64,000 bases of DNA from Spirochaetia bacterium (GTDB lineage: Bacteria > Spirochaetota > Spirochaetia > WTKD01 > G963693115). Both the position numbers and the translations under genes were made by a program. The notes under the pieces were generated by a model, which worked only from the letters and a program-made list of their open reading frames with translations, had not been told where the DNA came from and did no database searches. How positions within the stretch are numbered: the stretch's first letter is position 1; each line of letters starts with the position of its first letter. Positions 50,801-59,796 of this stretch are shown here, piece after piece. Where the stretch lies: positions 224,001-288,000 of the forward strand of contig CBDDCA010000006.1 of assembly GCA_965226055.1 (NCBI GenBank). The letters run 5' to 3'.

Positions 50801-53323
50801 ATGCTTATATTTATGTATCTCTACTGATATTGTTATTGTTCTATCAGTATAGGTATGTGTTGCTAAAGCACCTGTACTACCAGTAAAGCTACTGGTAAAC
50901 TGTATGGTGTAAGAAGTTTGTGAAACTGCTTTGGTAGGAGTGCCTGATATTGTCCCAGTGCTAGTATTAAAACTCAACCCTGTATTTGCTGTTATATCTG
51001 GACTAATACTAAAATTTCCTGCTATATCAGGCGTTTTGCTAAGGGTTATTTCTTCATTTTTTGCTAGCGGTATTCCTCTATATACATCTATACTAGCACT
51101 ATTTGACTTTATGCTAAAATACCATGTAGGTAATTTTGCTACTGCGGTATTCTTAAATATATCTGTTTTTGTCACAGCGATTGCTACATTCCAGCCTTCA
51201 AGATCTTGTGTAAACTTAGAAGCACCAGAAAACATGCTACTCATATTGGTAACCTTGCTTACATTCCATCCCGACACATTTTGATTGAAACTTGTTGCTC
51301 CTAAAAACATACTGCTCATATCGGCAACTTTACTTACATTCCATCCCGATACATTTTGATTGAAACTTGTTGCTCCTAAAAACATACTGCTCATATCGGT
51401 AACTTTACTTACATTCCATTTCGATATGTCTCCATTAAAACTTGTTGCTCCTGAAAACATACTGCTCATATCGGTAACTTTACTTACATTCCATTTCGAT
51501 ATATCTCCATTGAAAGTAGTGTTATCCTTAAATAGCCTACTCATATCTGTTATAAGACTCGTATTTATTATGTTTAGATTAGCAGTATTTCCTTGCAATC
51601 CTACCTCTGTTTTTATAGCTTCCAATAATTCTGCTTTATTTTTTGGCTTATACTCTATAGTGAGCAATATTTCTATTGTCCTATCAGTATCAGTATAGGT
51701 ATGTATTTCTGTCCTATCAGAGGAGGTACTTGTAAATGTTATAATATACTCAGTCTCTGAGGCTACCTTTGTAGGAGTACCTGATATTGTGCCAGTACTA
51801 GTATCAAAACTCAACCCTATACTCGTTATATCTGGCTTTATACCAAATTTTCCTGTTATATCAGGCGTTTTGCTAAGAGTTATTTTTTCATTATCTGCTA
51901 GTGATACCCCTTTATATACAGTGAGCTCATCAACATTAGCACTTATGCTAAAATACCATGTAGGCAATTTTGCTACTGCGGTATTTGTAAACATATCTTT
52001 TTTTGTCACAGTGCTTGCTACATTCCAGCCTTCAAGATCTTTATCAAATGCACTTGCTCCTGAAAACATACCATCCATATCTGTAATATTACTTACCTTC
52101 CACTTTGATATGTCTCCATTGAAACTTGTTGCTCCTGCAAACATATTACTCATATCGGTAACATTGCTTACATCCCACAATGATATATCTCTATTAAAGG
52201 TAGTGTCATCCTTAAATAGATCATGCATATCTTTTACAGCACTTGTATTTATATAGTTAAAATTATCTACATCAGTATTTTTAATTGCTTCTATTAATTC
52301 GTTACGTGTTTTTACTATAGCAGTAAACACCGATACATATATAGAGAACTGGCTAGACTTTCCTAAGTAACTTCCATCCCCTGTAAAACGAATTGTATAT
52401 TTTCTTCGTATACCATTTTCTTTATCCTTCAATAACCTTATTGCAGTGCCATATATTTCTCCATTATTGTCCTTCATCTCCAATCCTGTATCTTCCGTAA
52501 GAGTTGTCGTTTTTCCATCAGTACTATTAAATTCAATACTCCATGTACCAGTAATTCCTGGAGGGCTTGTTGCAATATTGATTGGCATTAAAGGAACATT
52601 CAAGCTCGACTTGATTAACTGTTCATTATCATACCTATCTGTGATAGAGTTTCCATCACGCACAAGAGTAAATACATAATGCCAACTAGGAATACTTGTT
52701 GCAGGTACATTAGCTCCCTTAAATATATCTTGTATATTTACTGAATCTGCTACCTGCCATTTCTCTAAATCATACTGAAACACTGTTGCTTTATTAAACA
52801 TGTTACTCATATCGGTAACCTTGCTCACATTCCAGCCTGATATATCTTGATTAAAACTTGCTGCGGCTTCAAACATGTTACTCATATCGGTAACCTTGCT
52901 CACATTCCAGCCTGATATATTTTGATTAAAACTCGTTGCTCCCTTAAACAGATTACTCATATTAGTAACATTACTTACATTCCAGCCTGATATATTTCCA
53001 TTAAAGGTAGTATTTCCTTCAAACATACTGCTCATATCAGTAATATTGCTTACATCCCAACTTGATATATCACCTGAAAAATTGGAAAATTCACCATCAC
53101 CTTTGAATAAGCCGCTTATATCTTTTACTTTACTTGTATCTATAGTAGAGAGATCTGCTGCATTTCCGCGGGAGGCAATTTCTCGCTTAATGTTTTCAAT
53201 AAGCGATTCTCTACTATCAGGAGAGTAAATAAAGTCTAAACTTAAAGATTTTTCTGGATCACAACCAGATACCAAAAAAGCGAAACATAAAAATAGCCAA
53301 AATATAAAAAATTGATACTTCAT
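44855..53323 (-). CDS. Giant 2822-aa surface lipoprotein: 11 DUF285 (BspA-like) blocks alternating with 10 Ig-like (He_PIG-like) domains
   Basis: Lipobox FLVSG-C; NLNIIDTS...FNGDISxWNVSKVTDMS blocks; nine LPTWYF junctions; GLxFDTSTGTISGTPT Ig motif. Confidence 0.92.
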   Translation of the reverse strand: MKYQFFIFWLFLCFAFLVSGCDPEKSLSLDFIYSPDSRESLIENIKREIASRGNAADLSTIDTSKVKDISGLFKGDGEFSNFSGDISSWDVSNITDMSSMFEGNTTFNGNISGWNVSNVTNMSNLFKGATSFNQNISGWNVSKVTDMSNMFEAAASFNQDISGWNVSKVTDMSNMFNKATVFQYDLEKWQVADSVNIQDIFKGANVPATSIPSWHYVFTLVRDGNSITDRYDNEQLIKSSLNVPLMPINIATSPPGITGTWSIEFNSTDGKTTTLTEDTGLEMKDNNGEIYGTAIRLLKDKENGIRRKYTIRFTGDGSYLGKSSQFSIYVSVFTAIVKTRNELIEAIKNTDVDNFNYINTSAVKDMHDLFKDDTTFNRDISLWDVSNVTDMSNMFAGATSFNGDISKWKVSNITDMDGMFSGASAFDKDLEGWNVASTVTKKDMFTNTAVAKLPTWYFSISANVDELTVYKGVSLADNEKITLSKTPDITGKFGIKPDITSIGLSFDTSTGTISGTPTKVASETEYIITFTSTSSDRTEIHTYTDTDRTIEILLTIEYKPKNKAELLEAIKTEVGLQGNTANLNIINTSLITDMSRLFKDNTTFNGDISKWNVSKVTDMSSMFSGATSFNGDISKWNVSKVTDMSSMFLGATSFNQNVSGWNVSKVADMSSMFLGATSFNQNVSGWNVSKVTNMSSMFSGASKFTQDLEGWNVAIAVTKTDIFKNTAVAKLPTWYFSIKSNSASIDVYRGIPLAKNEEITLSKTPDIAGNFSISPDITANTGLSFNTSTGTISGTPTKAVSQTSYTIQFTSSFTGSTGALATHTYTDRTITISVEIHKYKHTPNNIAELKQAITTEINAQGNTANLNIIDTSNITDMSDLFKDNTTFNGNISEWNVSKVTDMENMLSGAIKFNGDIENWNIASLKTKTNMFTNTAVAKLPTWYFSISASSNSIHEGVKVPITDIILTRTPLIAGSFSISPDIKANTGLDFDTRTGTISGTPTEAASQTSYTIQFTSSFTDSSGNPATYTYVDTRSITLSVAINTYLYTPNNKTELLENIKKEIEVQGNTANLNIINTSNITDMSNIFENKANFNGDISGWDVSSVTDMSNMFSGATSFNQNVSGWNVSKVADMSSMFLGASAFDKDLESWKVASDGTVTKTDMFKNTAVAKLPTWYFSISANKSALTGQARIKLGASEEIKVTKTPSIAGSFSISPSITTNTGLSFDSSSGTISGTPTKVASKTPYTIQFTSEKNGKTIYAYTDRTITITVTIGHKYTPTGKLELINNINTEIGLQGNTADLNIIDTSKIDDMSGLFNSNTTFNGKISEWDVSNVTDMSHMFNQAAAFNGDISGWNVSNVIDMSSMFYYAGSFNQDISNWKVQSVTNMNGMFWNATSFNQDISNWKVQNVNDMGNMFSGATSFNKDISGWNVGAVTDMNRMFLGAANFNSNMSGWDVRKVTNMTAMFSGATIFNKDISNWKVGKVTNMHQMFSSAAAFNQDISSWNISSVTDIGKMFLGATKFNQDLEDWNVASDGTVTKTDIFKNTAVAKLPTWYFSISASDNKIIAYKNIPLATDKEITLTKTPNITGSFSVSPDIAKNTGLDFDPSTGKISGTPLTAISKTEYTIQFTSKKTDGTVIHKYIDTDRTIKISVEIRRYKHTPNNKTELKQAITTEINVQGNEANLNIIDTSKITDMSDLFKDNITFNGDISEWDVNAVTNMSSMLSGANAFEKDLESWNVASGVTKTDMFKNTAVAKLPTWYFNISASNRSINTYVNVPLAKNKEITFTKTPDITGSFSISPDITVNTGLDFNTSTGTISGTPTKAASKTDYTIEFTSSFTDSKGNPATHKYTDRTIKISVTTSYKHTPSNKTELQKAVDDEIAAQGDTANLNIIDTSVITDMSNLFEDKANFNGDISKWNVSKVTNMSNMFLNANKFNGDISGWNVSAVTNMESLFAGAHAFNQDIKNWTVSKVINMRAMFLSAQSFNQDIKNWTVSKVTNMETMFNFASKFSANLENWNVKSSVIKTNMFESTVVKKLPTWYFSINANRTTITGYKDLSLSNTETITLTKTSNVTGSFSISPNITTNTGLNFDTNTGSISGTPTILASQTKYTIQFTSEKNGKTIHTYTDRTIEIHVTISQYKYTPSDKTELQKAVDDEINAQGNTANLNIIDTSAITDMSNIFSSKDHFNGNVSKWDVSKVTNMSSIFAGAQKFNGDISNWNVSSVTNMFFMFNNANAFNQDLESWNVDSGVTKTDMFLASAVKKLPTWYFSISANSTTISVYRDLSLLDSQKIILTKTPVITGSFSISPNITTNTGLNFDTSTGIISGTPTTVTSQTEYTIQFRSEEADKTLIHKYIDDRRTIKVLVTIKEYKHIPNNKAELQQAINTEITVQGNTPDLTMIDTSKIKDMSSLFSSEVNFNGNISRWNVSSVTNMSSMFFKASEFNQDITGWNVSKVTDMRSMFINASKFNQDITGWNVSKVTDMSNMFKGASVFNKELETWNVDKTVSKTNMFEHTAVVILPTWYFNISASRASIGGSVKAYVGVPLTKDKEVTLTKTPAIAGIFSISPDITADTGLSFDADTGKISGTPTKAASKTYTIEFTSKKSDGKAIHTYTDASRSKTISVTIEYKYTPQNKKKLEEAIEAEIKAQGFAPNLNMIDTSNITDMGGLFYDKQYFNGDVSLWNVSKVTDMSNMFNQTEFFNGDISKWNVGKVTNMNSMFYDAEAFNQDIGNWNVSNVANMRYMFYDADVFNQDIGNWNVSNVTDMSSMFADASVFNQNLSNWNVANSVIKTDMFKGTAVKNLPGWCLPAGNCR

Positions 53324-53469
53324 ATAAATATATTCAATAATACGTACAAAAAAATAAATTTACTTAATATAAATTTAGTACATTTATACGATTTTTCAAC
53401 CTCTTATGTACATAATATATATTACTATATTTTATTGTCAATAATATCATTTTCCAATACTCCCAATAT

Positions 53470-53925
53470 TTATTTCTTACGTTTTGCTCGCGTACTCTTG
53501 GGTGTATTCTTCTGTTGTGTATCATTCTCATCATTCACCATGATAGTATTAAAATTGATAGGAGGCAGTAGTATTGGGGAAATGCCAGATTTTGCTGTTA
53601 ATGAAGAAATATATTCTCTTACATAAGGAAAAAGAACAGCAGGAGCATCTTTTTTTGAAAATTCTTTCAATAATGCTATATTTGGTTCTTCTGCATCTTC
53701 TTGAAACTGTCCTGCACAAATAATTTCAATATGTAACGAGTTTTCTTCATTTTGAATTGTAACCTTTAGTTCTACATATAGCATATTATTATCTTCATCT
53801 ATTGAAGATTTTGCTTCCATCTGCGGATCAATTTCAGATGATTGTATAGTAGCAGCTCTCTGGAATACTACATGAGGAAATATAATAGAATGTATTCTAA
53901 TACCAAGTGATTTATTTTTTTGCAT
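53470..53925 (-). CDS. secB: SecB-like chaperone
   Basis: APAVLFPYVREYISSLTAKSGISPILLPPINF, typical of the SecB C-terminal half. Confidence 0.8.
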   Translation of the reverse strand: MQKNKSLGIRIHSIIFPHVVFQRAATIQSSEIDPQMEAKSSIDEDNNMLYVELKVTIQNEENSLHIEIICAGQFQEDAEEPNIALLKEFSKKDAPAVLFPYVREYISSLTAKSGISPILLPPINFNTIMVNDENDTQQKNTPKSTRAKRKK

Positions 53926-54010
53926 AAAACTACCTACTCTCTACTTTACTATAAAATGCAATTTATTATTGCATCATAATATACTATTATATATTATCGC
54001 AACTGCAGCA

Positions 54011-56539
54011 TTATAACTTTATAGTGAGAAAAAAACTAATTTCTAGCTGACGTAGCCATTTGCTCGGACTAAAAGTGTATTCAATTTTTCTATTTGAAGG
54101 ATCCTTATTACTTGAACCTGCTGTTTCTTTATCTTTTATTTCTTTGTCATCTATTTGAAACCAAGCAAGAAAATCTCCTAAACTAAATCGGTATCCTAAC
54201 ACAACATTTTTATTATCAAGGAATTTGCCCGAGAAGGCAGGGACTAAACTCCATATTGGAGCATAACTACGTGCAGAATTGATCTCTGTTGTATCAAATC
54301 CTGTCCGAGGGTACACTGTAAGAGGAAACTCTGGTGATGGATGTTTTTCATATACAGTGGGAGTAAATGGAGTATCTATAGTGTATACATTGGTGAGAGA
54401 AAAATTAAACGCGGGGTTTACTTTGTACAAATAGCTTAATTTAATGGTGTGCCGATAATCATTAGAGGCAGGAAGCCATATATCATCCTTTGTCTTAAAA
54501 TATACAAACCCCAATGTGTATGAAATATCTAATATATGAAAATCGGTGGTATACTGATAACGAAATGTTGCTCCTGTACCAAATCCATGTTTTACAGGTA
54601 AATACGAAAAGCCTCTTATGTTTGAGTTTGCATAGTCAGGATCTGAAAAATCGGGAACGACATTATATTTGTATTGACTAAATATACCTTCAAAACCATA
54701 ATACCATCCAAAGTAGGGAGATACAGAGAGCTGATGATCGCCAAGCTGTATAAGATATTTCGCAAAAGACATTGTTCCATAGCTTGGATTGGTAAATGTT
54801 GTTTCATCGTACTGGTACTTAATAGTTTTTTCTAAAATTTTTCTATTGACATATTGTAATTCTTCTAAAAATGCAGGACTCCATCCTGTAAACAGGGAGA
54901 GTACATGTATATCGCTAAATGTTAGTGCATAGTCTGCTCGTACAGAAGGATACACTTTGCTAGGGTCTTGTGCTATCCAAGATATGCCAGGACTTACAGA
55001 AAATGACATTTCTCCTCTATCGTATAGTTCCTCATAATCGTATTGGAAAAATGCATAGGCTTTAAGATAGTCTTCGTTAATGGTGTACTTTGGCAGAGCA
55101 GCTTCTTTGTCTGTTTTATTCTCAGAATCGTTTGGATCTATATAATAAAATATATCTTCGTAATTTGATCTTAAGGTAACATAGTCCACTATTGATCCTA
55201 TGCTCATAACAACATTATCAAAAAACGACTGTGAATAGATATTTTTTATTCCTGTATTCCATACATTTGAATTTCCTTTATAGTAATATCCTGTATTATA
55301 CAGTTCTTGATCGAGTTCTATAATGTTTCTACGCGTTTCTCCTATATTTTTTCTTCTAAATTCTGAATTAACATTTGCTACATAATAATAACTATAGATA
55401 TCAAGCTCATTAAATGCACTTGCTCCAATTAATTTTGACCATTGTAGTCCTCCTCCAACAAAATAAGGGAAATTTTTAGATTCTAAAGTTACATCTTCAT
55501 TTGAGGCACTTACATCAATAGTATCATAATACGCAAGCGTTAATAGTTTTATTCTGTCTGCCCCTTTTGTGTATTCTAATGATAAAAAGAGATCTCCATA
55601 TAAATAGCGCTCTATGTTTGTTTGTGTTTCTCCTGCAGATTCCGCAATTAATTGTATAAGAGGAAACAGCGTATATTGAGAAATAGACTGCTTTGCCATA
55701 GTAAATAATGTTGTATGTTCATTTAAGTTAGTACGATAACTCAAAAAAGGATCAGTAATGCCTACCCCTATATCTAATTGATGAGATGTTACTGTTTCGG
55801 GATACACAACAGTGGTTCCTCCAAGTGATTGTCCGTACCGTCCTGGAGGGGGACCTTTTAGTGTTTTTACTGAGCTAATTGATTCTTTTGAGAGTATTGG
55901 CTTTGTATTATCTGATAAATGAGTGTTTGAAGGAATGGGCAAAAAATCAATATATGCTTGATTCCATGCAGAGTCTCCTCCAAATACCGAGAATAAAGAA
56001 CCATAAGAAAAAAAGGTGCCATTTTGTGGATCAATTAAAAAAGGAGAAGTAGCATTTTCTTTTTCATTTATAAATACCCCTGCTTCTGTAGTGATAATAT
56101 TAAATGGATCATTGTCTACTACAGGGAGATTGTCTATAAATTCAGCGTCATACTCCTCTTTGTTCGGTTCAATTTGTATCTTTCTTTCTGCGGTAACAAT
56201 AATCTCTTGTTCAAATTCTTCACTTATATCATCTAGTACAAATAGATACGGATCACGCTCCGAAGAAGAGACTGTTCCTATTTCAATGGTATAATCAAAT
56301 TCTTTTTCCTCTATTGTGATGATCTTTACTGTATAGATTCCTGCATCAATATCTTTGAATACAAAGTTGCCTTCTGTATCACTCACTTCAATAGCGTCCA
56401 GTTCTATAATAATGATCGTTACATCAGAGAGAGATGCGTCATTTGATGATGTACTGGAAACTACTTTTCCATAAAAATCTATTGCAAATACTGGCACACA
56501 AAGAAACAGAAACAAAATAGACACTATATACGGTTTCAT
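54011..56539 (-). CDS. TonB-dependent receptor-like outer-membrane protein with N-terminal carboxypeptidase-regulatory-like domain
   Basis: Signal peptide, FYGKVV...SDTEGNFVF...GIYTV, EIIVTAER, plug-like KGPPPGRYGQSLGG, aromatic beta-strand pattern; start placed at ATG 56539. Confidence 0.7.
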   Translation of the reverse strand: MKPYIVSILFLFLCVPVFAIDFYGKVVSSTSSNDASLSDVTIIIIELDAIEVSDTEGNFVFKDIDAGIYTVKIITIEEKEFDYTIEIGTVSSSERDPYLFVLDDISEEFEQEIIVTAERKIQIEPNKEEYDAEFIDNLPVVDNDPFNIITTEAGVFINEKENATSPFLIDPQNGTFFSYGSLFSVFGGDSAWNQAYIDFLPIPSNTHLSDNTKPILSKESISSVKTLKGPPPGRYGQSLGGTTVVYPETVTSHQLDIGVGITDPFLSYRTNLNEHTTLFTMAKQSISQYTLFPLIQLIAESAGETQTNIERYLYGDLFLSLEYTKGADRIKLLTLAYYDTIDVSASNEDVTLESKNFPYFVGGGLQWSKLIGASAFNELDIYSYYYVANVNSEFRRKNIGETRRNIIELDQELYNTGYYYKGNSNVWNTGIKNIYSQSFFDNVVMSIGSIVDYVTLRSNYEDIFYYIDPNDSENKTDKEAALPKYTINEDYLKAYAFFQYDYEELYDRGEMSFSVSPGISWIAQDPSKVYPSVRADYALTFSDIHVLSLFTGWSPAFLEELQYVNRKILEKTIKYQYDETTFTNPSYGTMSFAKYLIQLGDHQLSVSPYFGWYYGFEGIFSQYKYNVVPDFSDPDYANSNIRGFSYLPVKHGFGTGATFRYQYTTDFHILDISYTLGFVYFKTKDDIWLPASNDYRHTIKLSYLYKVNPAFNFSLTNVYTIDTPFTPTVYEKHPSPEFPLTVYPRTGFDTTEINSARSYAPIWSLVPAFSGKFLDNKNVVLGYRFSLGDFLAWFQIDDKEIKDKETAGSSNKDPSNRKIEYTFSPSKWLRQLEISFFLTIKL

Positions 56540-56614
56540 AAAAATACCCCTTAGTATTATATATACTATATCATAATACACTATATCATATTTATTTCAT
56601 TTCCTATTTTATAT

Positions 56615-57466
56615 CTACTTAATTGCTCCGCCTATCATGCCTCTGATGATATATCTTTGTGCAAAAATAAATAAAATAACAATGGGGATAAGTGATAGTA
56701 ATGCCGCAGTCAAAATGAGTTCCCATTGTTTGACATAGGCTCCTACAAAATTAGCAACAGCAAGAGGAATTGTTTGTATTTGATTTCCTTTTCCTAGTAC
56801 TAGAATAGGTAATAAAAAGTCATTCCATATCCATATACCATTTAATATCAATACGGTAACATATACAGGTTTGAGAATAGGAAACACAATATAGAAAAAA
56901 GTTTGAAATGGATTGCATCCATCAACCCGTGCAGCGTCTTCTAATTCTAGTGGTATCGCTTTAATAAATCCATGAAATAAAAATATAGAAAGTGGTGCAC
57001 CAAATCCAACATATGCAAATATAATGCCAGTATAAGAACGTAGCATCTTAATGCCAACAGTAGATCCAAATATTCTAAACCATGATATTAAGGGTAACAT
57101 CACTACTTGAAAAGGAATGACCATTGCACCAACAAAAATCAAAAATAATACTGCAGATATTTTGTTCTTTGTGCGTACTAGTACCCATGCAGCCATAGAA
57201 GAACTGGTGGTTATCAATAACAGAGATACTGTGGTAATAATAGAAGAGCTTATAAAAGAAGATATATACCGTATATTTTTATCACTAAGAATAAAGGCAA
57301 TATTATCAAAAATATTTGACCAATTTTCAGGAAATGATAAGGGGTTGTTTGTAATTTGAAAAGAAGATTTCGCTGAATTTATTATTACTAAGCCAAGAGG
57401 CAAGAAAACAGCAATACATAGCAGTAGGGTAATAGATTCTAATATACGTAATATTACTTTATTCAT
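56615..57466 (-). CDS. Carbohydrate ABC transporter permease (MalG-like)
   Basis: IPFQVVMLP, IPLELEDAARVDG (EAA loop), WNDFLLP. Confidence 0.93.
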   Translation of the reverse strand: MNKVILRILESITLLLCIAVFLPLGLVIINSAKSSFQITNNPLSFPENWSNIFDNIAFILSDKNIRYISSFISSSIITTVSLLLITTSSSMAAWVLVRTKNKISAVLFLIFVGAMVIPFQVVMLPLISWFRIFGSTVGIKMLRSYTGIIFAYVGFGAPLSIFLFHGFIKAIPLELEDAARVDGCNPFQTFFYIVFPILKPVYVTVLILNGIWIWNDFLLPILVLGKGNQIQTIPLAVANFVGAYVKQWELILTAALLSLIPIVILFIFAQRYIIRGMIGGAIK

Positions 57467-58359
57467 TACATTTCTACCTCACGTTTTTTATTAAAATATA
57501 CTTGAACAAGCGATATTACAAGTAATGCTACAAAAAATAGTACTGATTTAGATTGAGCTACTGCCATTTGACTTACTCCTTTTACTACTTTCTCTGATTC
57601 TTTTATGATATGCATTGATATTAGCTCAGTGCCTTGCATGGCTCTTCCCATAAACATGGTGGAAGGCCCTCCGTAAGTGAGGGAATAGTTTACATCGTAT
57701 TGCTTAAATGAATACAGGAGAGAGATAAATGTACATACTGTAAATGCAGGGGCTATCATAGGAATAGTAATTTTTCGAAATCTATCCCATGCACTTGCTC
57801 CATCAATCATGGCAGCTTCAAATAATGATTCAGGAATGCTCTGTAAGCCCGTGATATAAATTATCATAAGGTATCCTGCATATTGCCATACTCCCACTAT
57901 TACCAGTGCTACTGTTGCATAATTTCTATCGGATAACATGAGAAAATCGGTATTAAAAAAACTAGGAAAAAATCTACTAAAAATAAATTGCCAAATATAT
58001 CCTAGTATCAATCCTCCTATTAAATTAGGAAGAAAAAATCCTGCTCGATAAAAATTTCTAAATTTTAGTTTCTGTGTTACCAATAGTGCCAGTGATAAGG
58101 CACATACATTCATAAACACAATGTTAAGCGTACTGTATACTACAGTAATAATAATTGAGTAAAGAAATCGCGGATCCTCAGAAAACATTTTTCGATAATT
58201 TTCAAAGCCAAGAAATTCTTTTACACGAATGCCGTTCCAATCAGTAAACGAATAAAAGACTCCCATAAAAAATGGGATGATCATAACCATAATAAATGCA
58301 ATAAGAGCAGGGGCTAAAAATATCCAAAAATACATTGTATCGTTTTTTCTTCCTCTCAT
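57466..58359 (-). CDS. Carbohydrate ABC transporter permease (MalF-like)
   Basis: YSFTDWNG, GLQSIPESLFEAAMIDGA, LTYGGP. Confidence 0.93.
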   Translation of the reverse strand: MRGRKNDTMYFWIFLAPALIAFIMVMIIPFFMGVFYSFTDWNGIRVKEFLGFENYRKMFSEDPRFLYSIIITVVYSTLNIVFMNVCALSLALLVTQKLKFRNFYRAGFFLPNLIGGLILGYIWQFIFSRFFPSFFNTDFLMLSDRNYATVALVIVGVWQYAGYLMIIYITGLQSIPESLFEAAMIDGASAWDRFRKITIPMIAPAFTVCTFISLLYSFKQYDVNYSLTYGGPSTMFMGRAMQGTELISMHIIKESEKVVKGVSQMAVAQSKSVLFFVALLVISLVQVYFNKKREVEM

Positions 58360-58380
58360 AGTTTTTTCTCCTCACATATA

Positions 58381-59751
58381 TTATTGTAAATATTCTAAAT
58401 ACTCTTTTTGTACTTCTACCATCACCTCTACATATTCAGAGATATTTCTTGCTACATCTACTACTGGGTCTACAAGTAGTGCTTGTACTACTGATTGTTT
58501 TGATTTACTCATTATTGCATGAGCAGTCATGTCATGAATACCCACTTGATTACGCAGTATTCCAGCATACGCAGGGGGTAACGGGGGGAGTGCTATGCCT
58601 TGTACTCCATTTTTATTGATACGAGCAGGAACTTCTACTGCAATACATTCTGGTAACTCGCTTATATATTTTCCTCCATTACCGTCACTATTAGGAATAT
58701 TCACTGCTGCTTCTATGTAATCTACATCCTGTATGATACCATCGATAATAATAGCAATGCGTTCACTTATACGTTTCTCAATTTTATGTTTCTTCTGTAA
58801 CATATAGCGCTGATAGTACCGATAAAAATCAAGTATTCCACGATGATCGGCTACATCGTAGGCCCATCCAAGATATTCACCAAAATGACTATCGGAAGTA
58901 ATGGGCAAAAGCCCAAACTGTTCAAGAATAAACAAAAAAAGCCTGCGTTCTCCCCAAAAACGTGATGCAGATATATCTGCCATTTCAGTAGCTCCTTCTG
59001 TTTCAATAAATTCACCATGTTCCATAAGGTGCATCATATAATCACTATAGGTAGGGACTGTCTTAAAAAACTCTTTTGCTTTTGCACGAATATCAGGATA
59101 TACATCTTTTTTACTGTCTTTATAGTGTGCTTCCAGTAACACACTAAAGTGATTAAGTCCACCAGCTACAAGTTCTAAATTATCAAATGATGTATGAAGC
59201 ATACTAGGAAGATACCGCTCTAAAGACGCTATTTCATGACACAGTCCAATAAATTTTATATCAGGAAATTTTTTATGTACAGTGGTACATATTCTGCTCA
59301 TAGGATTGCTATAATTAAACACAAACGCATCTGGACAAATACGCTGTATGTCTTCACACATAGCAAGTATAGGAGGAACAATACGCAAAGAGTGAAACAA
59401 TCCTCCTGGTCCACCATTTTCTCCATATATTTGACGAATTCCATATTGTTGGGCAATAGTTCTATCTTGATCCCATAATACAAAACGGTCTCCTATTTCT
59501 ATGGAAATAATAACAAAATCAGCACCTTGTAATGCTTCCTCTCTATTGGTAGTTGCTTTAATGGTGAACTGAAGCGAAGTATCTTGTTCAAGAAATGCAA
59601 GGGTATGATCGTGCACTTCTTTCAATTTCTTTGCGTTAATATCAAGGAGTGTAATAGTACTGCCTTGTAGAGAGGGAGTACAAAAAATATCTCCTAAAGT
59701 TCCATATCCAAATTGATGACTTCCTGCACCGATAAGCACTATATTAGCCAT
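58381..59751 (-). CDS. GH4 glycoside hydrolase (alpha-galactosidase/glucosidase-like)
   Basis: IGAGS, GENGGPGG, NYSNPM, GLCHEI, GLNHF, DSHFGEY. Confidence 0.92.
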   Translation of the reverse strand: MANIVLIGAGSHQFGYGTLGDIFCTPSLQGSTITLLDINAKKLKEVHDHTLAFLEQDTSLQFTIKATTNREEALQGADFVIISIEIGDRFVLWDQDRTIAQQYGIRQIYGENGGPGGLFHSLRIVPPILAMCEDIQRICPDAFVFNYSNPMSRICTTVHKKFPDIKFIGLCHEIASLERYLPSMLHTSFDNLELVAGGLNHFSVLLEAHYKDSKKDVYPDIRAKAKEFFKTVPTYSDYMMHLMEHGEFIETEGATEMADISASRFWGERRLFLFILEQFGLLPITSDSHFGEYLGWAYDVADHRGILDFYRYYQRYMLQKKHKIEKRISERIAIIIDGIIQDVDYIEAAVNIPNSDGNGGKYISELPECIAVEVPARINKNGVQGIALPPLPPAYAGILRNQVGIHDMTAHAIMSKSKQSVVQALLVDPVVDVARNISEYVEVMVEVQKEYLEYLQ

Positions 59752-59796
59752 AGTATATTGTTCCTTTCTTTTTATTTTTTCTTATTATATATATTG

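Noticed and set aside
45531-53228. Many 60-319 aa plus-strand ORFs within the giant lipoprotein gene
   Set aside because: Antisense shadow ORFs caused by repeats and codon bias
42900-53323. Diversity-generating retroelement acting on the repeat proteins
   Set aside because: No reverse transcriptase in the window and no TR/VR pair with adenine-specific differences seen
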